NCBI GenBank assembly: GCA_021432655.1
Contig: MU271260.1
Span: 62,001 to 115,112, forward strand
Source of the DNA: Atractiella rhizophila
Taxonomy: Eukaryota
Length of the DNA stretch: 53,112 bases
Direction of reading: 5' to 3'
The notes under the pieces were generated by a model. That model saw only the letters and a list, made by a program, of their open reading frames with translations, ran no database searches and had not been told where the DNA came from. Positions 48,552-53,112 of the stretch are shown here, in pieces; the stretch's first letter is position 1, and each line of letters starts with the position of its first letter. A program made the translations under genes and the position numbers.

Positions 48552-50222
48552 TTATAGTGAAACATCATTCTCCACGGTCCTTCGGACTGCTTCTTTCATC
48601 ACCTCTTCGTAACTACAAAATCCTAGTCCTTTGAGCTCGAATCTTGATCCAAGTCGTTCCGTTAACGTTTTATGGTCTGACCAGGGCCTTGAGTCCAACT
48701 GAACAGTTGGACGTTGCGAGGCCAGATTTTCAAATGTCAGTGTTTCCAACTGATCCGTCCAGGCTGCGCCGGAAAGATAGGCGGTCAGAGGTTCGAATCC
48801 TTGACTGTCGAAGCTTGACGAAATACAAAACCCGAAGTTGAGACGTTTGGCAGCGCAAGAACCTTTTGTGAATGATGATGAACTAAAATACGAACTGGAG
48901 AATCTGCCCGCGATGGACATCTCTTGGATGTCAGGGATCGTGTGACATGATGTGAGGAGAAAGTCCAAGACCTCGAAACACTTCTCTACAGAGATGTCGA
49001 GCATTCGGGGTTGTGTCATCTGCAGGAAAGATTTGAGTTCCTCTGAGGATTTGAATGTCGTTACGTTGGTGTCAAGTCGCATGAGCCTCTGAGGACGCAA
49101 TGTGGGATCGAATACAAGTTGCGCCATCCCAATCGATAAGTCCTCCGTACTGCCACGGATTGTCAATCTCTGCAAATGCTGCAAGTTACATTGGAACTCT
49201 CGAGCCCGAACTTGCGTATCCTGCGTCGCCGACGTGATTGGGACGTTTTTCAGCTTCAATCTCACCAAACGCGATGAGAGGCGGAGGTCTGGGAAAGAAT
49301 CAACCAGGTTTCCCAAGAAGTCTGTGGACAGTTTAAGCGTCATTAAACGTGGTAAGATCGGAGCGACAAGTTGATCTTCTCCAACATGACGCAACCAGGC
49401 GTCTTCAGAACGCCCATCCATGTCCAGCTCTTCCAGAGTGTCTTTGACGAGGTGGAGGAGCGGGAAGAACGCACGCCAGAATTGAAGATATGTTTCGCCG
49501 TCGAAGCTCGCAGATCGAAATGCTGTAAGAGACTTAAGAGTCCTCGCTGATGCCGAGAAAAAAGCCGGGTCAGGAGGCAGAATGGCGCTGATAATGAGTT
49601 CGTAGAGCGCAAACGGGGCTGGAGAGGACAGTGATGTATAAATATCTCGTAAGTGGAGGTATCGCAAATATTTGCATTCTTCTAGACCGGTAAACCAATT
49701 TTGAAGAACTGGATCGGTCATGCCGCTACTCGTTCGCACCCAAAGATGACTTAAATTCGAGGGCAATCGAATACGAGCTTCTGGTGCTGGAAGCTTCATC
49801 CACCACAGCATGACATCCATAGTTTGCAGCTGATCTCCTACGGACTTTAAGACTTCGCTGAAAACATCCCAAAGCGCCACCCAATTTACGTCTTCCGATT
49901 CTTGCGACGATTTTGGAAAGTTAACGAACAGGTGCTTAATGTTGGCTCGACGCGTGGGCGACTGACGTATGAACGAAAGAATCCCGTCCATATTCGCAGT
50001 AGAAAGTCTAAGTAACCAATCGACATAGGGTAGGGAGAGCTCGCTCCATTGTTTGCACACCAGCGAGCAAGGTAGGATTTGGCTGTTCGAACGAGTGGTC
50101 AACCAGACAGATGGCAGATGCCTATCGCGCGTGTAATCTCGTCGTTCCTCGATCCAGTGCACGGCAAGTATTTCGAATATCTTGAGTAGCAGCTCAACAG
50201 GGAGCGATCGAATCGACGCCAT
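48552..50222 (-). CDS. F-box-like / leucine-rich-repeat-like protein, single exon, about 556 aa
   Basis: Uninterrupted ORF. N-terminal IRSLPVELLLKIFEIL...CSLVCKQWSELSLPY (F-box-like), followed by repeated LxxLxL segments (LRYLHL, LEELDM, LMTLKL, LVRLKL, LQRLTI). Confidence 0.8.
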   Translation of the reverse strand: MASIRSLPVELLLKIFEILAVHWIEERRDYTRDRHLPSVWLTTRSNSQILPCSLVCKQWSELSLPYVDWLLRLSTANMDGILSFIRQSPTRRANIKHLFVNFPKSSQESEDVNWVALWDVFSEVLKSVGDQLQTMDVMLWWMKLPAPEARIRLPSNLSHLWVRTSSGMTDPVLQNWFTGLEECKYLRYLHLRDIYTSLSSPAPFALYELIISAILPPDPAFFSASARTLKSLTAFRSASFDGETYLQFWRAFFPLLHLVKDTLEELDMDGRSEDAWLRHVGEDQLVAPILPRLMTLKLSTDFLGNLVDSFPDLRLSSRLVRLKLKNVPITSATQDTQVRAREFQCNLQHLQRLTIRGSTEDLSIGMAQLVFDPTLRPQRLMRLDTNVTTFKSSEELKSFLQMTQPRMLDISVEKCFEVLDFLLTSCHTIPDIQEMSIAGRFSSSYFSSSSFTKGSCAAKRLNFGFCISSSFDSQGFEPLTAYLSGAAWTDQLETLTFENLASQRPTVQLDSRPWSDHKTLTERLGSRFELKGLGFCSYEEVMKEAVRRTVENDVSL

Positions 50223-50350
50223 CAGAAAGCCTGTCACAAATGTCGCTAGTGCCACTCGATAAAAGTGCGAGCACGAAGAGGGAAAAAGGTACAGTACACT
50301 CCTGACTTCCAAGCTACAGCGATTTCAACGAGCTAAGTCTACCGGCAAGG

Positions 50351-50569
50351 CTGACTGTGCCCTCGAACCCCAGGCGTTCCGGCCCCCAGGGTAGCACCAG
50401 TTTGGGCAAACTGGTCTCCCCCAGGGGTTTGCGCAAGCGGCCGGAGGCTGCAAGCGAAAAATGGTTTTTGCGCTTCAATTTTGAGAAAATTTGCAGCCAA
50501 AAAGCAGGTCAAAAATGGTCCACCAGTTTTATCGCCGACCAACTCCGACGCCTTTGGCGGCGGGTCTGC
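50351..50569 (+). repeat. Repeat A copy 4
   Basis: Inverted pair ACCAGTTTG-GG-CAAACTGGT (50396-50415), TGGTCCACCAGTTTT, end GCGGGTCTGC. Confidence 0.85.
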
Positions 50570-50594
50570 TGGATTTTCTTCCTGTTCCGAATCC

Positions 50595-50858
50595 TTCCAA
50601 ACTGTTTGGGGATGGTTAGGCACTCCATGTTTTGTTTCTTCACCTTGCTGGATCCGACAGGTCTTACAGAGTGTTTGGGGATGGCAAGGTGCTTTAAACC
50701 TCATTGACCTTCATTTTCAACCTCGCCACACCCTCATGCTGCAATTTTTTTTTGGCTCTTGCGCTCAACCCCTTGAACGAGGGCTGAGCGCTGAACGGCC
50801 GCGGACGGGTTTCGAGCTGAAAAAGGACCGGGGGCTCAAAAGGGTTTTGTGACAGAAT
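50595..50858 (+). repeat. Repeat B copy 3
   Basis: Colinear with 25600-25834 up to TGACAGAAT. Confidence 0.85.
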
Positions 50859-51366
50859 TTTTGGGAGATTTGAACGCCAAGAGGGCGACTTTGACTCCCA
50901 CCAACCTTGGACGACGAGTAGTTCTGCAGTCGGATTCTACTAGCTATAGGTTGCGACAATCCTGCAGCAAATAGTGGTTGAAGAGGCAAAGCGGATATGG
51001 GGACCCAACTGTGAGATTGCTGGCCTCGTGTCCTTCGGCTCTGGAGCTGCACCCCGCTGTCAAGTTGGACAATGTCGAGCAAGCATTGAAGGCATTGGTG
51101 AGGATTGCTCGAGGTTTCAAATCAGGTGAGGACGAAGATGTGACAATATCAGATGGGGCACGGCTCCATAAGGGTTCGTCTGTGAGCGATTTCCTGCACC
51201 TGATCTGTACATGTGCGTCATGCTAAAAACCGGGTCGTGCTTTGTTATCAAGATAAGGATTTTTCACCCAACACACTGCCAACTACCTTTTGAGCCTACA
51301 CGCTCCTGTAACCTTCACATCTCCAAAGCCCTAACCGAGAGCGTTAGCTCATGGTCTGTGGTGTCA

Positions 51367-51450
51367 GGGTTAAGACCTGGTCCACCAGTTTTGTCTGCAA
51401 ATTTTCGCCAAACTACAGCGCAATTGCGAGAGCGGCCAAATCCCTGGGGC
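51367..51450 (-). repeat. Repeat A copy 5 (inverted, partial, lacks the GGTCTGC end)
   Basis: Reverse complement reads AGTTTGGCGAAAATTTGCAGACAAAACTGGTGGACCAG...TTAACCC, matching 29920-29975. Confidence 0.7.
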
Positions 51451-52698
51451 AGAGGAGTCCTAGCTTTAAACTTTCCATAGCCCCATGGTTCTATCACTCG
51501 GCACGCTCGTCTTCTACTCCTTAATACACCTATCGCTTTCGTAACCATATTTTATTTCGCTCACCACATCCTCCACCCACATTTTCTCTTTCGGCCCACC
51601 GCACAGCTTCACATTCCATGCGCACGGATCTGTTCTCTTCCTAGCACCGATCTTAAACGCAAAATCCACATTCACACCCTCCATCCTCTTGCGCACGCAC
51701 TGTCTTCACATCTTCGACGTTTGCCCAATTCGGCCTGATGACTTTACGCTTCACCTCCTTTCTTGATTGGACCAATGCATTTGCCTGAGCTGGCAGAGCA
51801 TGATTAGGAGAACGGGATCGATCCTCGATAACCGCGTCTGGGGGATTTTGTGATGGCTGGCGCCATAGGGGAGACGGGGAATGTAGGGAACTCTTGTCTT
51901 GTATTGGACGTCTGGGGCATCTAGCCGTGGTTCTGGGATCTCGAGCTTGTCTGACCTTGGTTCGGGTTGGAGGTCAACTCCTGCGAGGGAGGAAGCAGGG
52001 GGGGAATCCTTACTTGCTTTCCGCTACTTGCGTCAACCCTCCTTCAAGCTAACTCAGCGTGTGGTTGGTTCAGGAAGGATCGCTCACTTGGGGCTGCAGA
52101 GTCTGCAAGGTGTCGTCTGTGAAGGCAGATCCATATCACTACATACAAAAACAGATACATTATCACATTCAAGCTTTCCCCTTCTACACTCCTAGGTCCA
52201 TCAATCAGCAGTAACTACCCAGGTACGTCAATGGCATACCATGCAGACAGCACTGCACAACCACTAATCATTGAAATCGTAATTGGATGGTGACAGACAC
52301 TCCCCTAATTTACCTTACGTTTTCTGGAGTTTCGTTCGCTTGTGTCATCTGTTGCTGGCATGATGAAAGAAGCGACAGGGAGGATGGGGCAAGGGCAAGA
52401 GGGTCAGACTTCTCCTCTGTTGTTGATGAGCCAATGTTCTTGTTGGGTCTCCTTTGATAGTTTGAGCGTTCACCTCATTTGACACGGATGTCCCTCCCTT
52501 GTTTTCACCAACATGTCCCCATGTCAGCCAGACTTCACAGTGGATAACCCCAAGAATCCTCATGAGGGAGCCCCTGGTTCAACAGTGTCGACAAGCACTA
52601 CTCAATCACCTTGTGTTTTCCTGAAACCAGAGGACATCGCACGAAACACGCTGTGTGAGCTCTGCGTCGTGAAGTGTCCTAAGCCAGTGCCTCACTCA

Positions 52699-53112
52699 AG
52701 ACAAGAACCCAAAGATATTGCTCCCTGCAAACGAATTGAGATTTCGAAGAGCTCAGTGAGTGCTGGGCGAGAAAGAGGAAGGAGTTTGAAGAAACGATTA
52801 GGAGGACTCGTATCCGTATCAATGTTCGCCATCCCTTTGTTCTTGAGCAACATGGGACACGGTGTGAAGTCCATGATTCGCTTGAATGTGGATGAAACCG
52901 TGGTGAAATATGCTTCATGGGAAGTCTCAAAGGAGAGTACGGTCGCTCGAGGTCGGTCTACGAGAAGGCCCTCGACGTCTCTCCGGCTGAAATAAAGGTG
53001 TGGATGTCATATACGGGGATGGAGCTCACAGCGCGTAACATTCAACACGTGCAACGTCTTCGATCGAGCTTCACCCTTCTCCCCCATTTGGACCAGCTCT
53101 GGTACAAATACG
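52699..53112 (+). pseudogene. CLF1: Frameshifted fragment of pre-mRNA splicing factor Clf1/crooked neck (HAT repeats); runs off the window
   Basis: Stitching frames gives RQEP..AP..RI.DFEELSE..RKRKEFEETIRRTR...VKYASWE..GEYGRSRSVYEKALDVSPAEIKVWMSYTGMELTARNIQH..NVFDRA.TLLPHLDQLWYKY, the conserved Clf1 N-terminus. At least five frame changes are needed. Confidence 0.85.

Noticed and set aside
32702..50569. One giant 17.9-kb element bounded by inward-facing GCAGACCC...GGGTCTGC
   Set aside because: The flanks (CAGCTTGTA and TGGATTTTC) show no TSD and the two ends are quite diverged. It cannot be supported from this window.

Overview
Eukaryotic DNA, almost certainly a basidiomycete fungus (46-60 nt GT-AG introns, FunK1 kinase, DUF6534-type membrane protein, Plavaka element). 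The window is a transposon graveyard. It holds degenerate or near-intact elements of at least six kinds: pogo/Fot1, Plavaka, hAT, CACTA/EnSpm, a Ty1/copia RNase H fragment and a near-complete Tad1-like LINE with RNase H. It also holds one intron-containing putative transposase that I cannot assign to a superfamily. Host-type genes are an intact 4-exon FunK1 kinase, an intronless F-box-like protein, a DUF6534-like membrane protein with a partial duplicate, and a frameshifted CLF1 fragment. The most interesting unexplained signal is a dispersed non-coding repeat of up to about 220 bp (5 copies) with ACCAGTTT palindromes and a sharp GGTCTGC end. One copy sits about 600 bp upstream of the unclassified transposase-like gene, and others bracket duplicated or captured gene fragments. 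All family calls come from motif recognition by eye. No database search was run.
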